From an uncultured Prevotellaceae bacterium (GTDB taxonomy: Bacteria > Bacteroidota > Bacteroidia > Bacteroidales > Bacteroidaceae), in contig CASFNA010000007.1 in assembly GCA_949295905.1 (NCBI GenBank), positions 110,135 through 174,134 of the forward strand: a DNA stretch of 64,000 nt, read 5' to 3'. Within the stretch, counting starts at the first letter, position 1, and each line of letters starts with the position of its first letter. The notes under the pieces are model-generated. The model had not been told where the DNA came from. It did no database searches and worked only from the letters and a program-made list of their open reading frames with translations. Below are positions 20,037 through 30,635 of this stretch, in pieces. The translations under genes and the position numbers were made by a program.

Positions 20037-20177
20037 TTTAGAATTCAGAGAAGTTATAGAAGTTATCACCCGCTGCGCTCGTTAGAAGTTAAAGCCATTA
20101 CCTACATCATTTGGCTATATTAGAGAAGCTATTGGCTTTAACTTCTCTAACTTCTTTAACTTCTATAAATTCTAAAA
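20037..20177. repeat. Inverted pair of nonamer tandem arrays (AGAAGTTAN)
   Basis: agaattcagagaagttatagaagtta..agaagttaaagcca / tggctttaacttctctaacttctttaacttctataaattct between mtnN and luxS. Confidence 0.8.
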
Positions 20178-20180
20178 CAT

Positions 20181-20864
20181 TCATAGCGAAGCGATGAACC
20201 TCTTTGTCAGCGTGAACGAGTTGTCGGCCAGGCGCGCCCAGAAGTCGAAGTATTGGCTAGCCTTCGTGTCCTTCAGGGGCAGGTCGCTGATGACACGGAA
20301 GCTGATGAACGGCACGCCGTATATGTGGCATGTCTGCGCGATGGAGCAGCTCTCCATGTCAACGGCCACGGCTTTGGGGAAGCGGGCGATGATGGCGCGC
20401 ATCTTGTTAGGCGTATCGACAAACCACTCGCCGCTTACTATGAGTCCCGTGTGCACGGCCTTTCCGTCGCAGGCGGCCACGGCCTTGTCAACCAAATCCT
20501 TGGGAGAATGGAACACGGCGGGCATCCCCATGATTTGACCGAAGCGGCATTCGTCGCCACAATAGGCGTCATGGTAGCAGTATTCGGTGCCCACAACGAT
20601 GTCGGTTACGTCCATGCGGTCGTCCGCCCCGCCTGCAACGCCGGTGGAAACCACAAGGTCAGGCCGGTAATTGTTAAGCATCTCCACCGTGCCTATGGCG
20701 GAGTTCACCTTGCCTATGCCGCACTTCTGCAACACTATGTCCTTGTCGCCGATGCGTCCGAGGATGAAATCCTTGTTGTTGCGGCGCTCCACCGTGGAGT
20801 CGTCGAGCAGCGATTTTAGCTGGACAAGCTCCTTGTCCATTGCTACGATTATACCTATTTTCAT
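20181..20864 (-). CDS. mtnN: MTA/SAH nucleosidase
   Basis: GIIVAM..CGIGKVNSA, TGVAGG, VDMES, RVISD; TACTTTTG box at 20889-20896. Confidence 0.96.
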   Translation of the reverse strand: MKIGIIVAMDKELVQLKSLLDDSTVERRNNKDFILGRIGDKDIVLQKCGIGKVNSAIGTVEMLNNYRPDLVVSTGVAGGADDRMDVTDIVVGTEYCYHDAYCGDECRFGQIMGMPAVFHSPKDLVDKAVAACDGKAVHTGLIVSGEWFVDTPNKMRAIIARFPKAVAVDMESCSIAQTCHIYGVPFISFRVISDLPLKDTKASQYFDFWARLADNSFTLTKRFIASL

Positions 20865-21176
20865 GTACGGATGTGTCGTTTAGGACTGCAAAAGTACATA
20901 TTTTTAATGAATAATGATGAATGAAAAATGAAAAATTTGGCAGTGCACGGTAGTAGGGCAAATATTGCAGAATGACGCGGAAACGGCGCGTGGCGGTGAC
21001 ACTTTGGCTTTGCAGAAAATCCGTTTGACGCTTCAGGAAGGGGCGCGGCGTACAAACAAACACAGCTTCAGACGGCGGAACGCCATTTTTCACACATAAC
21101 ATCGTTCCATGCGTAACACCTTGTCAGCCAAACACTTGCAAGAACAGGCACATCAGTCAGGCACGAACTACAGCCC

Positions 21177-21279
21177 GAAAGGCCGCCTTCTGCCATGTAA
21201 AAGACGGCCTTTGGCAACCTTAAAGACGGCCTTCTGCATCGGCGAAGACGGCCTTTCACGGTACGGGAAGCGGCGTTTC
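21177..21279. repeat. 22-bp-period array, locus F (5 units)
   Basis: Units at 21177, 21199, 21221, 21243, 21265; degenerate cap gtaacaccttgtcagccaaacacttgc near 21113. Confidence 0.85.
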
Positions 21280-21505
21280 AGACCGCGAACAACCGTTACG
21301 CGCTGCACATTAAGGCCATTCGCACACAACAAAGGATGCTTTACAGTCCCGGCGGGAGCTATTTCCGAAAAACATATTGTAAAGCTTTCAGAAAACGGCG
21401 GATAACATTATGGCAGAAAAAGGATGCTTGTTTTAACATATAGTCGGTATAAAAAAAATAATCTTTTTACAGGCAAACACCTCGCCTGTTTTTGCATCTA
21501 AAACG

Positions 21506-21625
21506 GTCGGTGGGTAATCGTCATTCCGCGCTCCGACGCGGAATCCAGTGTAAGCAGCCAAGCTTTGTCTATGTTGTTTGTTCTGGATTCCGCGTCAGAG
21601 CGCGGAATGACGATTACCCACCGAC
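21506..21625. repeat. REP-like inverted doublet, copy 2
   Basis: 43-bp arms 21506-21548 / 21583-21625 with 1 mismatch; same core as the 9543 copy, unrelated 34-bp spacer. Confidence 0.9.
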
Positions 21626-21759
21626 TGCTTGAAGTCTGATTATCGTCACACTTCTTTCTGCTAAAAAAGCATTATTTTTCGCCCCGTCTATCGTCATTTC
21701 ACATTATATATATTACTTTTGCACGCTGGAAACGTAAACGGAAAAAACATCGAAAAACA

Positions 21760-24261
21760 ATGGAAACACTGAAAAAATGCCTTCCCGACGTGCTGGCCGT
21801 GGTGCTGTTCGCGCTCATATCGGTAGCCTACTTCTTCCCGGCAGACATCGAGGGAAAGATACTTTACCGCCACGACTCGGCCGCAAGCAAGGGTCTCGGC
21901 CGCGAAATCGGCGAACACAAGGCGGAGACGGGCGAGGTGACGCGCTGGATGAACTCCGTGTTCAGCGGAATGCCGACGTACCAGACGGCTCCCGAATACA
22001 CGAGCACGAAGGGCGTCAACACGGCTACCAACGTGTACCACCTCTTCCTGCCCGAAAACGTATGGTACGTGTTCGCCTACCTCTTGGGCTTCTACATCCT
22101 GCTGCGCGCGTTCGACTTCCGCCAGCATCTTGCCGTCCTCGGCTCCGTGATATGGGCGTTCTCCAGCTATTTCCTCATCATCATAGCCGCCGGACACATC
22201 TGGAAGGTCATGGCCTTGGCCTACCTGCCGCCGATGATAGCCGGCATAGTGCTGGCATACAGGGGCAAATACCTGTGGGGACTCATCGTAACCGCCATCT
22301 TCGCGGCGTTTGAAATCAACGCCAACCACGTGCAGATGACGTACTACTTCCTGTTCGTCATCCTCTTCATGGTAATAGCCTACCTCGTTGACGCCATCCG
22401 GCAGAAGCGCATGGCGCACTTCTGCCGGGCCACGGCCGTGTGCGCCGCAGGCGCGGTAATAGGCGTATGCCTCAACCTGAGCAACCTGTACCACACGTGG
22501 GAGTACAGCAAGGAGTCAATGCGCGGCAAGAGCGAGCTTGTCAAGAAACAGTCGGCCAACCAGAGCGCAAGCGGACTTGACCGCGACTACATCACCCAGT
22601 GGAGCTACGGCATAGGCGAGACGTGGACGCTCCTCGTGCCCAACACCAAGGGCGGAGCCAGCCAGCCGCTCGTAGAAAGCAAGACGGCCATGGATAAAGC
22701 GAACCCCGAATTCAACGTCGTCTATCAGCAGATGGGCCAATACTGGGGCGAGCAGCCCGGCACGCAGGGGCCTGTCTACGTGGGCGCATTCGTGCTGATG
22801 CTGTTCGTGCTGGGGCTTTTCATCGTCAAAGGGCCTATGAAGTGGGCGTTATTGGCGGCTACGGTACTCTCCATATTGCTGTCGTGGGGCAAGAACTTCA
22901 TGCCCTTCACCGACTTTTTCATCGACTATGTGCCGATGTACTCGAAGTTCCGCACGGTGGCATCAATCCTCGTCATAGCCGAGTTTACCATCCCGTTGCT
23001 CGCCATGCTGGCGTTGAAGAAGATTGTTGACGACCCATCGCTGCTCACGAAACGCATCAAGGCGGTGTACGCAAGCTTCGCGCTGACGGGCGGAGTGGCC
23101 ATCCTCTTCGCTCTCTTCCCTACCCTCTTTTTCAGCGACTTCATATCGTCACAGGAGCTGCGCGCGCTCTCCACGCTGCCGCAGGAGTATGTAGTGCCCA
23201 TTACGGAGAACCTGCGCGAGATGCGCCGCGCCGTCTTCACGGCCGACTGCTGGCGCTCGGCGTTCATCATTATAATAGGTACGCTCTGCCTGCTGATGTT
23301 CAAGGCCAAGAAGCTCAAGGCCTCTTACATGGTAGGAGCGATAACAGTGCTCTGCCTTGTAGACATGTGGCAGGTTGACAAACGTTATCTTAACAACGAC
23401 ATGTTCGTGCCCAAGAGCGAACGCGAGGCACCGATGCAGATGACGGAGACCGACCGCCTCATCCTCGAAGACAAGACGGACTTGGGCAATTACCGCGTGC
23501 TCAACCTCGCGTCAAACACGTTCAACGAGAACGAAACGTCATACTTCCACAACAGCATAGGCGGCTACCACGCGGCCAAGCTGCGCCGTTACCAGGACAT
23601 AATCGACCATTACATAGCCCCGGAAATGCAGAAGCTTGCTCCGGCGGTGGCCGAGGCTGGCGGCGACATGCTGAAAGTGAACGGCGACAGCCTCTTCCCC
23701 GTGCTCAACGCGCTCAACGCGCGCTACTTCATCCTGCCACTGCAAGGCGGACAGACCGCGCCCGTGATGAACCCGTATGTGCACGGCCCGGCATGGTTTG
23801 TTGACAAAGTGACCTACGCTGACAACGCAAACAAGGAAATCGAGGCCGTAGGCCGCATCGACCTGCGCCGCGAAGCGGTGGCCGACAAGCGTTTCAAGGA
23901 CGTGCTGAAGGCATCGGCCGTGCAGGACAGTACCGCCTCGGTGAAGCTCACCAAATACATGTCAAACCAGCTTGAATACGACGTTTACTCTGCAAAGGGC
24001 GGCGTAATAGTGTTCTCCGAAGTGTATTACCCGGGCTGGACGGCCACCGTTGACGGACAGGATGCCACGCTGGGACGCGCCGACTATCTGCTGCGCGCAC
24101 TCAACGTAGCCCCTGGCAAGCACAAAATAGTGCTCACCTTCCACCCGAAATCGGTAGCCACGACAGAGGCAATAGCCTACATCGCCTACGCCGCAATCGT
24201 CATAGCACTCCTCGTTGCGGCATATCTCGGCTACCGCAGGAAGCGCGCCGGGGCGGAGTAA
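21760..24261 (+). CDS. YfhO family polytopic membrane protein (GT-C-like)
   Basis: W.NSVFSGMPTYQ, NHVQMTYY, SIGGYHAAKLRRYQ, FSEVYYPGW. Confidence 0.9.
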   Translation: METLKKCLPDVLAVVLFALISVAYFFPADIEGKILYRHDSAASKGLGREIGEHKAETGEVTRWMNSVFSGMPTYQTAPEYTSTKGVNTATNVYHLFLPENVWYVFAYLLGFYILLRAFDFRQHLAVLGSVIWAFSSYFLIIIAAGHIWKVMALAYLPPMIAGIVLAYRGKYLWGLIVTAIFAAFEINANHVQMTYYFLFVILFMVIAYLVDAIRQKRMAHFCRATAVCAAGAVIGVCLNLSNLYHTWEYSKESMRGKSELVKKQSANQSASGLDRDYITQWSYGIGETWTLLVPNTKGGASQPLVESKTAMDKANPEFNVVYQQMGQYWGEQPGTQGPVYVGAFVLMLFVLGLFIVKGPMKWALLAATVLSILLSWGKNFMPFTDFFIDYVPMYSKFRTVASILVIAEFTIPLLAMLALKKIVDDPSLLTKRIKAVYASFALTGGVAILFALFPTLFFSDFISSQELRALSTLPQEYVVPITENLREMRRAVFTADCWRSAFIIIIGTLCLLMFKAKKLKASYMVGAITVLCLVDMWQVDKRYLNNDMFVPKSEREAPMQMTETDRLILEDKTDLGNYRVLNLASNTFNENETSYFHNSIGGYHAAKLRRYQDIIDHYIAPEMQKLAPAVAEAGGDMLKVNGDSLFPVLNALNARYFILPLQGGQTAPVMNPYVHGPAWFVDKVTYADNANKEIEAVGRIDLRREAVADKRFKDVLKASAVQDSTASVKLTKYMSNQLEYDVYSAKGGVIVFSEVYYPGWTATVDGQDATLGRADYLLRALNVAPGKHKIVLTFHPKSVATTEAIAYIAYAAIVIALLVAAYLGYRRKRAGAE

Positions 24262-24274
24262 AACAGCCGCCGGC

Positions 24275-24382
24275 GTAACACATTGATAATTAGCACCTTA
24301 TAAAAGGCCGTCTTTTACACGCTAAAAGACGGCCTTTTGCATTGCAATCAACGGCCTTTTGGAAGGCGAAAGGCCGTCAATT
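24275..24382. repeat. 22-bp-period array (cap plus 4 units)
   Basis: Cap gtaacacattgataattagcaccttat 24275-24301; units at 24302, 24324, 24346, 24368. Confidence 0.9.
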
Positions 24383-24479
24383 GGGAAACCGACAGGCACA
24401 TTATGGTCTGACATACGCGCCTTTTCGACGAAAAGATGTATATTTGCAGCGTTTTAAACGGAATACTAACAGACGCGAA

Positions 24480-25283
24480 ATGCAGTTCAGGACAAAGGTA
24501 AACATCGACAAGCCCGACTTCAAAATAGAGCCATGCGAAGAGATGCTGTTCGTTGGCTCGTGCTTCGCCGACAACATAGGGCGGCGCTTCAAGGAAGAGA
24601 AGTTCCGCGCAACGGTCAACCCCTACGGCGTAATGTACAACCCGGCGAGCATCCTGCACACGGTAAGACGGTGTGAGGACGCGCCGCGCGTGGCTCTGTT
24701 CACGCTCGGAACAAACCATGTGTACATACTCAACGAGACGGGCGAGATAGTTGACAACTGCGCCAAGCGCCCCCAGCGGCTCTTCACGGAAAAGGAACTT
24801 AGCGTGGACGAGTGCGCCGTTTACCTGACGGAGGCCGTCGACATATTAAAGGAAAGGCGCGAGGAAGTGAAGGTAATCGTGACCGTAAGCCCAATACGTT
24901 ACGCCAAGTACGGCTACCACGGCAGCCAGCTGTCGAAGGCGGTGTTGCTGCTTGCCGCCGACAAAGTGGTGAAAGAGCGGGCCGGAACGGTAAGTTATTT
25001 CCCGGCATACGAAATCGTCAACGACGAGCTTCGCGACTACCGCTTCTACGCCAAGGACATGTTGCACCCCTCGGAACAGGCCGTAGAATATATCTGGGAG
25101 GTGTTTTCAGACGCCTACTTCTCGCCCGAGGCCAAGCGTTTCATAGAAGAATGGCGGCCGCTGAAGGAGGCTTTGGGGCACAAGCCGTTCCACCCCGAGT
25201 CGCAGGAATACAAGGACTTCATGGATAAAACTATGTTAAAAATAGGCGAACTGTCAAAAAAATATCCGAACTTTGTACCTTAG
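24480..25283 (+). CDS. GSCFA domain protein (SGNH-like)
   Basis: MQFRT start, GSCFA motif, TVSPIR, YFPAYE, DELRDYRFY..HP; TATATTTG box at 24439-24446. Confidence 0.92.
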   Translation: MQFRTKVNIDKPDFKIEPCEEMLFVGSCFADNIGRRFKEEKFRATVNPYGVMYNPASILHTVRRCEDAPRVALFTLGTNHVYILNETGEIVDNCAKRPQRLFTEKELSVDECAVYLTEAVDILKERREEVKVIVTVSPIRYAKYGYHGSQLSKAVLLLAADKVVKERAGTVSYFPAYEIVNDELRDYRFYAKDMLHPSEQAVEYIWEVFSDAYFSPEAKRFIEEWRPLKEALGHKPFHPESQEYKDFMDKTMLKIGELSKKYPNFVP

Positions 25284-25382
25284 AAAACAGTAAAAGGGTA
25301 AAAAGGTAAAAAAGTAAAACGGCAAAGCATTCGTCTCCAACTACTTTAACTACCTATAAATGCTCTAACTTCTACATTTATC

Positions 25383-27857
25383 ATGTTATACTCAATTGAG
25401 AAAATAACGACTTTGATAGGCGCACGCCGCTATGGTTCGGCTGACGGCAACGTACGTTGGATACTGACGGACAGCCGCAGCGTGTGCTTTCCCGAGGAGA
25501 CTTTGTTCTTCGCCATACGCTCGGAACGCAACGACGGACACAATTACATTGCCGACCTTTACCGCCGCGGAGTGAGAAACTTCGTGGTAGAGGAACTGCC
25601 GGCCGACCGCGAAAAGGCTTACGCCGACGCAAACTTCCTGAAAGTTCCGCACTCGGTGGAGGCCTTGCAACGGCTCGCCGAGCGTCACCGCGACGAGTTC
25701 AACATACCCATCGTAGGCATAACGGGCAGCAACGGCAAGACCGTTGTGAAGGAATGGCTTTACCAGTTGCTCTCTCCGCAGATGGTCGTAACGCGCAGTC
25801 CGCGCAGCTACAACTCGCAGATAGGCGTTCCACTGTCGGTCTGGTTGCTCGACGAGCACTCACAGGTGGGTGTGTTCGAGGCCGGCATCAGCCAGAAAGG
25901 AGAGATGCAGGCGTTGCGCGCCATCATACAGCCTACCGTCGGAGTGCTGACAAACCTCGGCACGGCGCACCAGGAAAACTTTGCGTCGATGGAAGAAAAG
26001 TGCCTTGAAAAGCTGAAGCTCTTTCACGACACAAAGGCCATTGTCTACCCTTGGGACGACGAGACGGTAAGGAGTTGCGTGGCAAGATACGACTACAAGG
26101 GCGAGCAAATAGCATGGTCCATGCGCGACCCGGCGGCAAAGATGTATGTAAATAAGGTGGAGAAGAGCGGCATATCGACGACCGTAAGCTACATGTTCGA
26201 CGGCAGGGAAGGCTGCTACACGCTGCCTTTCATCGACGAGGCGTCGGTAGCCAACTCGGTGGTTTGCGCCGCCGTAGCCCTCCACTTGGGGCTTACCACG
26301 GAGCAGGTGGCCGGACGGATGAGCGACGTCGAGCCGGTAGCCATGCGCCTGGAGGTGAAGGAAGGCCAGCACGGATGCACCCTTATAAACGACTCTTACA
26401 ACTCCGACATCAATTCGCTCGACATCGCCCTCGACTTCATGAGCCGCCGACCGGACCACGCCGGACGCCAACGCACACTCATATTGAGCGACATCTACCA
26501 GAGCGGAAAGGCCGGAGAGACGCTATACAAGGAAGTGTCAGACCTCGCAAGGACACGGGGCGTGCAGAAAATAATCGGCATCGGCCCGGAAATAAGCGCC
26601 AACGCAGCCGTCATAGACATACCCGAAAAGCACTTCTTCGCCGACTGCCACGAGTTCATTGCAAGCCCGGAGTTCGGCGGTTTGCACGATGAAGTAATCT
26701 TGCTGAAAGGCGCGCGCCGCTTCAGTTTCGACCGGCTGACCGAGCTTTTGGAGCAGAAGGTGCACGAGACTATCCTCGAAGTGAACCTCGGAGCTGTGGT
26801 GAAGAACCTCAACTACTTCCGTTCGTACATGAAGCCGACCACAAAACTTGTCTGCATGGTAAAGGCCGACGCATACGGAGCGGGCGCGGTAGAGGTGGCG
26901 AAGACGCTGCAAGACCACCGCGTTGACTATCTCGCCGTGGCCGTTGCGGACGAAGGCGTGACGCTAAGAAGAAACGGCATAACGGCCAACATCATGATAA
27001 TGAACCCCGAAATGACGGCGTTCAAGACTATGTTCGACTACAAGCTGGAACCTGAAGTGTACAGTTTCCGCCTGCTTGACGCGCTTGTGAAGGCTGCGCA
27101 GAAAGAAGGCATAACGGGTTATCCCGTCCACATAAAGCTCGACACGGGTATGCACCGCCTCGGCTTCAACCCGCTTACGGACATGGACGAGCTAATCTGC
27201 CGCCTGAAACGGCAGAACGCGGTAATACCACGTTCGGTGTTCTCACACTTCGTAGGCTCCGACTGCGACGACTTCGACAACTTCTCCGCACACCAGTTCG
27301 AGCTGTTTAAGGCCGGGAGCGACAAGCTCCAGGCGGCGTTCAGCCACAAAATACTGCGCCACATGGACAATTCGGCCGGCATAGAGCACTTTCCCGAACG
27401 CCAGCTTGACATGTGCCGCCTCGGCCTCGGGCTGTATGGCATAGACAGCCGGGACAACTCCGTAATCAACAACGTGTGCACGCTGAAGACCACAATACTG
27501 CAAATACACCCCGTGCCGAAGGACGAAACCGTAGGCTACAGCCGCAAGGGCATACTCACAAGGGACAGCCTCATCGGAGCAATACCAATAGGTTACGCCG
27601 ACGGACTAAACCGCCTGCTGGGCTGCGGGCGGTGCTACTGCCTTGTAAATGGCAAGAAAGCGCCATACGTAGGCAACATCTGCATGGACGTGGCGATGAT
27701 TGACGTGACCGACATAGACTGCAAGGAGGGCGACACGGTCGAGATTTTTGGCGACGACCTGCCCGTAACGGTGCTGTCAGACGTGATGGGCACCATCCCA
27801 TACGAAGTGTTGACAAGCATCAGCAACCGCGTGAAGAGGGTTTATTTCCAAGACTGA
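25383..27857 (+). CDS. alr: Bifunctional MurF-like ligase / alanine racemase
   Basis: GITGSNGKT and DSYNSD (Mur ligase); MVKADAYGAG, KLDTGMHRLG, GYADG (Alr). Confidence 0.95.
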   Translation: MLYSIEKITTLIGARRYGSADGNVRWILTDSRSVCFPEETLFFAIRSERNDGHNYIADLYRRGVRNFVVEELPADREKAYADANFLKVPHSVEALQRLAERHRDEFNIPIVGITGSNGKTVVKEWLYQLLSPQMVVTRSPRSYNSQIGVPLSVWLLDEHSQVGVFEAGISQKGEMQALRAIIQPTVGVLTNLGTAHQENFASMEEKCLEKLKLFHDTKAIVYPWDDETVRSCVARYDYKGEQIAWSMRDPAAKMYVNKVEKSGISTTVSYMFDGREGCYTLPFIDEASVANSVVCAAVALHLGLTTEQVAGRMSDVEPVAMRLEVKEGQHGCTLINDSYNSDINSLDIALDFMSRRPDHAGRQRTLILSDIYQSGKAGETLYKEVSDLARTRGVQKIIGIGPEISANAAVIDIPEKHFFADCHEFIASPEFGGLHDEVILLKGARRFSFDRLTELLEQKVHETILEVNLGAVVKNLNYFRSYMKPTTKLVCMVKADAYGAGAVEVAKTLQDHRVDYLAVAVADEGVTLRRNGITANIMIMNPEMTAFKTMFDYKLEPEVYSFRLLDALVKAAQKEGITGYPVHIKLDTGMHRLGFNPLTDMDELICRLKRQNAVIPRSVFSHFVGSDCDDFDNFSAHQFELFKAGSDKLQAAFSHKILRHMDNSAGIEHFPERQLDMCRLGLGLYGIDSRDNSVINNVCTLKTTILQIHPVPKDETVGYSRKGILTRDSLIGAIPIGYADGLNRLLGCGRCYCLVNGKKAPYVGNICMDVAMIDVTDIDCKEGDTVEIFGDDLPVTVLSDVMGTIPYEVLTSISNRVKRVYFQD

Positions 27858-27869
27858 CGCGCAGCAGAT

Positions 27870-28001
27870 GTAAATACTTGATTATCAGCAACATAACAAT
27901 ACGCTTTACAAAAGGCGGTCTTTTGGCTTCCAAAAGGCCGCCTTTTGCGTTGCAATATGCCGTCTTTCGCAAGCCGAAAGGCCATGTTTTGCAACGCAAA
28001 A
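27870..28001. repeat. 22-bp-period array, locus G (cap plus 4-5 units)
   Basis: Cap gtaaatacttgattatcagcaacataac; units at 27910, 27932, 27954, 27976. Confidence 0.9.
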
Positions 28002-28108
28002 GACCCATTAAACTATTTTAACGAGTAGCCATCCGTTTTTTAATAAAAAAACAGTAACTTTGCGCAAACTTACTTTTAAACAGATACTATTAATCAAAAC
28101 AATAACTG

Positions 28109-29560
28109 ATGAATCCAATTCAAACGACAAAGATGACCAACTTCCGTTGGGTCATTTGTGCTTTGTTATTCTGCGCCACGACGGTAAACTACCTTGACAG
28201 GCAGGTGCTTTCGCTGACGTGGAAGGACTTTATAGCACCTGAGTTCCACTGGGATGATGCCCATTACGGCATGATTACCGGTTTCTTCTCCGTCTTTTAC
28301 GCCGTTGCCTGCCTGTTCGCCGGCAAGTTTGTTGACTGGATGGGCATAAAGAAAGGCTACCTTTGGGCCATCTTCATATGGTCTTTGGGCGCGTGCCTGC
28401 ACGCAGGATGCGGCTGGGTGACAATGGAAATAGAGGGACTTGAGTCCGTAGCGGCCCTCCGTGCGGTAGAAGCCGGCAGCGAAGTGGCAATAGCCATAGC
28501 CACCGTAAGCACATGGCTGTTCCTCGTTTGCCGCGCAATCCTCGCGCTGGGCGAGGCCGGCAACTTCCCCGCAGCCATCAAGGTTACGGCCGAATACTTC
28601 CCGAAGAAAGACCGCGCGTTCGCTACTTCAATCTTCAACTCTGGCGCATCGGTAGGCGCACTGGCGGCTCCGCTCACCATCCCAATCCTCGCACAGCACC
28701 TCGGTTGGGAGATGGCGTTCATCATCATCGGTGCAATAGGCTTCGTCTGGATGTTCTTCTGGGCTCACCTTTACGAGAAGCCGGAGAACACAAAGCGTGT
28801 GAACAAGGCCGAACTAATCTACATCAACCAGGACGACGAGGAGAATGCAGCCTCTGCCGAAGAGGCCAAGGAGGAGAAGACAATCCCCTTCATGCAGTGC
28901 TTCAAGTACAAGCAGACATGGTCGTTCGTCGTAGGCAAGTTCTTCACCGACGGCGTATGGTGGTTCTATCTGTTCTGGGCACCGGCATACTTCTCCGACC
29001 AGTTCCACTATCCTTCATCGTCGCCCATGGGCATGGCGCTCATCTTCGTGCTCTATCTTATCGTCACCGTGCTGTCTATCTACGGCGGTTACCTGCCCAA
29101 ACTCTTCGTCGAGAAAAAGGGCATGGGTCCCTACTCGGGCCGTATGCTGGCAATGCTCATCTTCGCGTTCTTCCCCCTGTTCGCGCTGTTCGCACAGCCG
29201 TTGGGAGGCTACTCGGTATGGTTCCCGGCGATAATCATCGGCCTTGCAGGCGCAGGTCACCAGGCATGGTCGGCCAACCTGTTCTCGACCATCGGCGACA
29301 TGTTCCCGAAATCGACCATCGCCACCATTACCGGCATCGGCGCAATGGCAGGAGGCATAGGCTCGCTGCTCATCAACCTTGGCGCAGGCGAGCTGTTTAC
29401 ATACTCTGAAAGCATGGGCGCGGCGTTCACGTTCCTCGGCTTCGAGGGCAAACCCGCAGGCTACATGATTATCTTCTGCATCTGCGCCGTGGCTTACCTG
29501 CTGGCTTGGATAATAATGAAGAGCCTTGTGCCGAAGTACAAGCCAATCGTTGTTGAATAA
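28109..29560 (+). CDS. MFS transporter, ExuT/hexuronate-like
   Basis: NYLDRQ, GEAGNFPAAIK..EYFPKKDRA, GKFFTDGVWWFYLFW. Confidence 0.9.
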   Translation: MNPIQTTKMTNFRWVICALLFCATTVNYLDRQVLSLTWKDFIAPEFHWDDAHYGMITGFFSVFYAVACLFAGKFVDWMGIKKGYLWAIFIWSLGACLHAGCGWVTMEIEGLESVAALRAVEAGSEVAIAIATVSTWLFLVCRAILALGEAGNFPAAIKVTAEYFPKKDRAFATSIFNSGASVGALAAPLTIPILAQHLGWEMAFIIIGAIGFVWMFFWAHLYEKPENTKRVNKAELIYINQDDEENAASAEEAKEEKTIPFMQCFKYKQTWSFVVGKFFTDGVWWFYLFWAPAYFSDQFHYPSSSPMGMALIFVLYLIVTVLSIYGGYLPKLFVEKKGMGPYSGRMLAMLIFAFFPLFALFAQPLGGYSVWFPAIIIGLAGAGHQAWSANLFSTIGDMFPKSTIATITGIGAMAGGIGSLLINLGAGELFTYSESMGAAFTFLGFEGKPAGYMIIFCICAVAYLLAWIIMKSLVPKYKPIVVE

Positions 29561-29581
29561 CATTTGACCGTCATTTATATT

Positions 29582-29620
29582 AAGAATGGAGGCGCAACAA
29601 GTGCGCTTCCATTCTTTTTT
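29582..29620 (+). terminator. Intrinsic terminator
   Basis: aagaatggaggcgca..tgcgcttccattctttttt. Confidence 0.8.
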
Positions 29621-29663
29621 ATTACATTTGCATCGGTTTAAACAGCAAGAAAGGAGACAAACA

Positions 29664-30443
29664 ATGAGCACAGTAATCTATCCATCACCTATCTTCGGGC
29701 CTGTACACAGCCGCCGCCTCGGCCTCTCTCTGGGCATAAACCTTATGCCGGCAGACGGCAAGGTGTGTACATTCGACTGCATATACTGCGAATGCGGCTT
29801 CAACGCCGACTACCGTCCACGACAGAAAAGGCCGTCACGCGAGGAAGTTGCGGCCGCCCTTGAACGCAAGTTGGAGGACATGCAGGCCGACGGACGACTG
29901 CCAGACGTACTCACGTTCGCAGGCAACGGCGAGCCGACGGCTCATCCGCAGTTCGCCGGAATAATAGACGACACGCTGCGCCTGCGCGACCGATACTGCC
30001 CCGAAGCCAAGGTGTCGGTGCTCAGCAACGCCACGATGGCAATGCGCCCGGAGGTTCATGCCGCCCTCGAACGCGTTGACAACAACATCCTGAAGCTTGA
30101 CACCGTAAGCCAGGAATACATCAACCGCGTGAACAGACCTACCTACCCGACCTACGACGTGCAGAAAATCATCGAGACAATACGCTCGTTCCGAGGCCAC
30201 GCCATAGTGCAGACGATGTTCATGCGCGGCACGATGGACGGCCAAGACGTTGACAACACCGGCGAGGAATACGTCCGCCCGTGGCTCGAAGCGGTAAAAC
30301 ACATCGCCCCGAAGCAGGTCATGATATACACCATCGACCGCGAAACGCCCGACCACGACCTACGCAAAGCCGTCCCGTCCATGCTCGATGCCATCCGCGA
30401 CCGCGTCATAGCGATGGGCATTCCGTGCTCGGCGGCGTACTGA
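29664..30443 (+). CDS. Radical SAM Fe-S protein
   Basis: FGPVHSRRLGLSLGINL, CTFDCIYC (CxxxCxxC), GNGEPT; TACATTTG box at 29623-29630. Confidence 0.92.
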   Translation: MSTVIYPSPIFGPVHSRRLGLSLGINLMPADGKVCTFDCIYCECGFNADYRPRQKRPSREEVAAALERKLEDMQADGRLPDVLTFAGNGEPTAHPQFAGIIDDTLRLRDRYCPEAKVSVLSNATMAMRPEVHAALERVDNNILKLDTVSQEYINRVNRPTYPTYDVQKIIETIRSFRGHAIVQTMFMRGTMDGQDVDNTGEEYVRPWLEAVKHIAPKQVMIYTIDRETPDHDLRKAVPSMLDAIRDRVIAMGIPCSAAY

Positions 30444-30635
30444 AAAAGTGAAGAATTAAAAATTAAAAGTGAAGAAAGCAACTTGTATTGATGATGTAAA
30501 GGTCACCATTGGATGTGCTATGAATATACAACAATAGTGCATTTAACATTTATTGGCAACAAATAAAATCATACATAAACAACCTAATAAGAAACCACAA
30601 CTTTATCATACACATACAAACACAGAGTCTCCATC

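Noticed and set aside
19547-20864. mtnN-luxS operon as a novel signalling system
   Set aside because: Standard activated-methyl-cycle/AI-2 pair.
24342-24479. N-terminal extensions in the ORF track (GSCFA from 24342, queA from 6678, radical SAM from 29586, tsaE from 60073, DUF3098 from 4974, lipoprotein from 11063)
   Set aside because: They run through promoters, repeats or the upstream gene; downstream ATGs fit the family N-termini.
25383-27857. MurF-Alr fusion as a novelty
   Set aside because: Common, known architecture in Bacteroidota.
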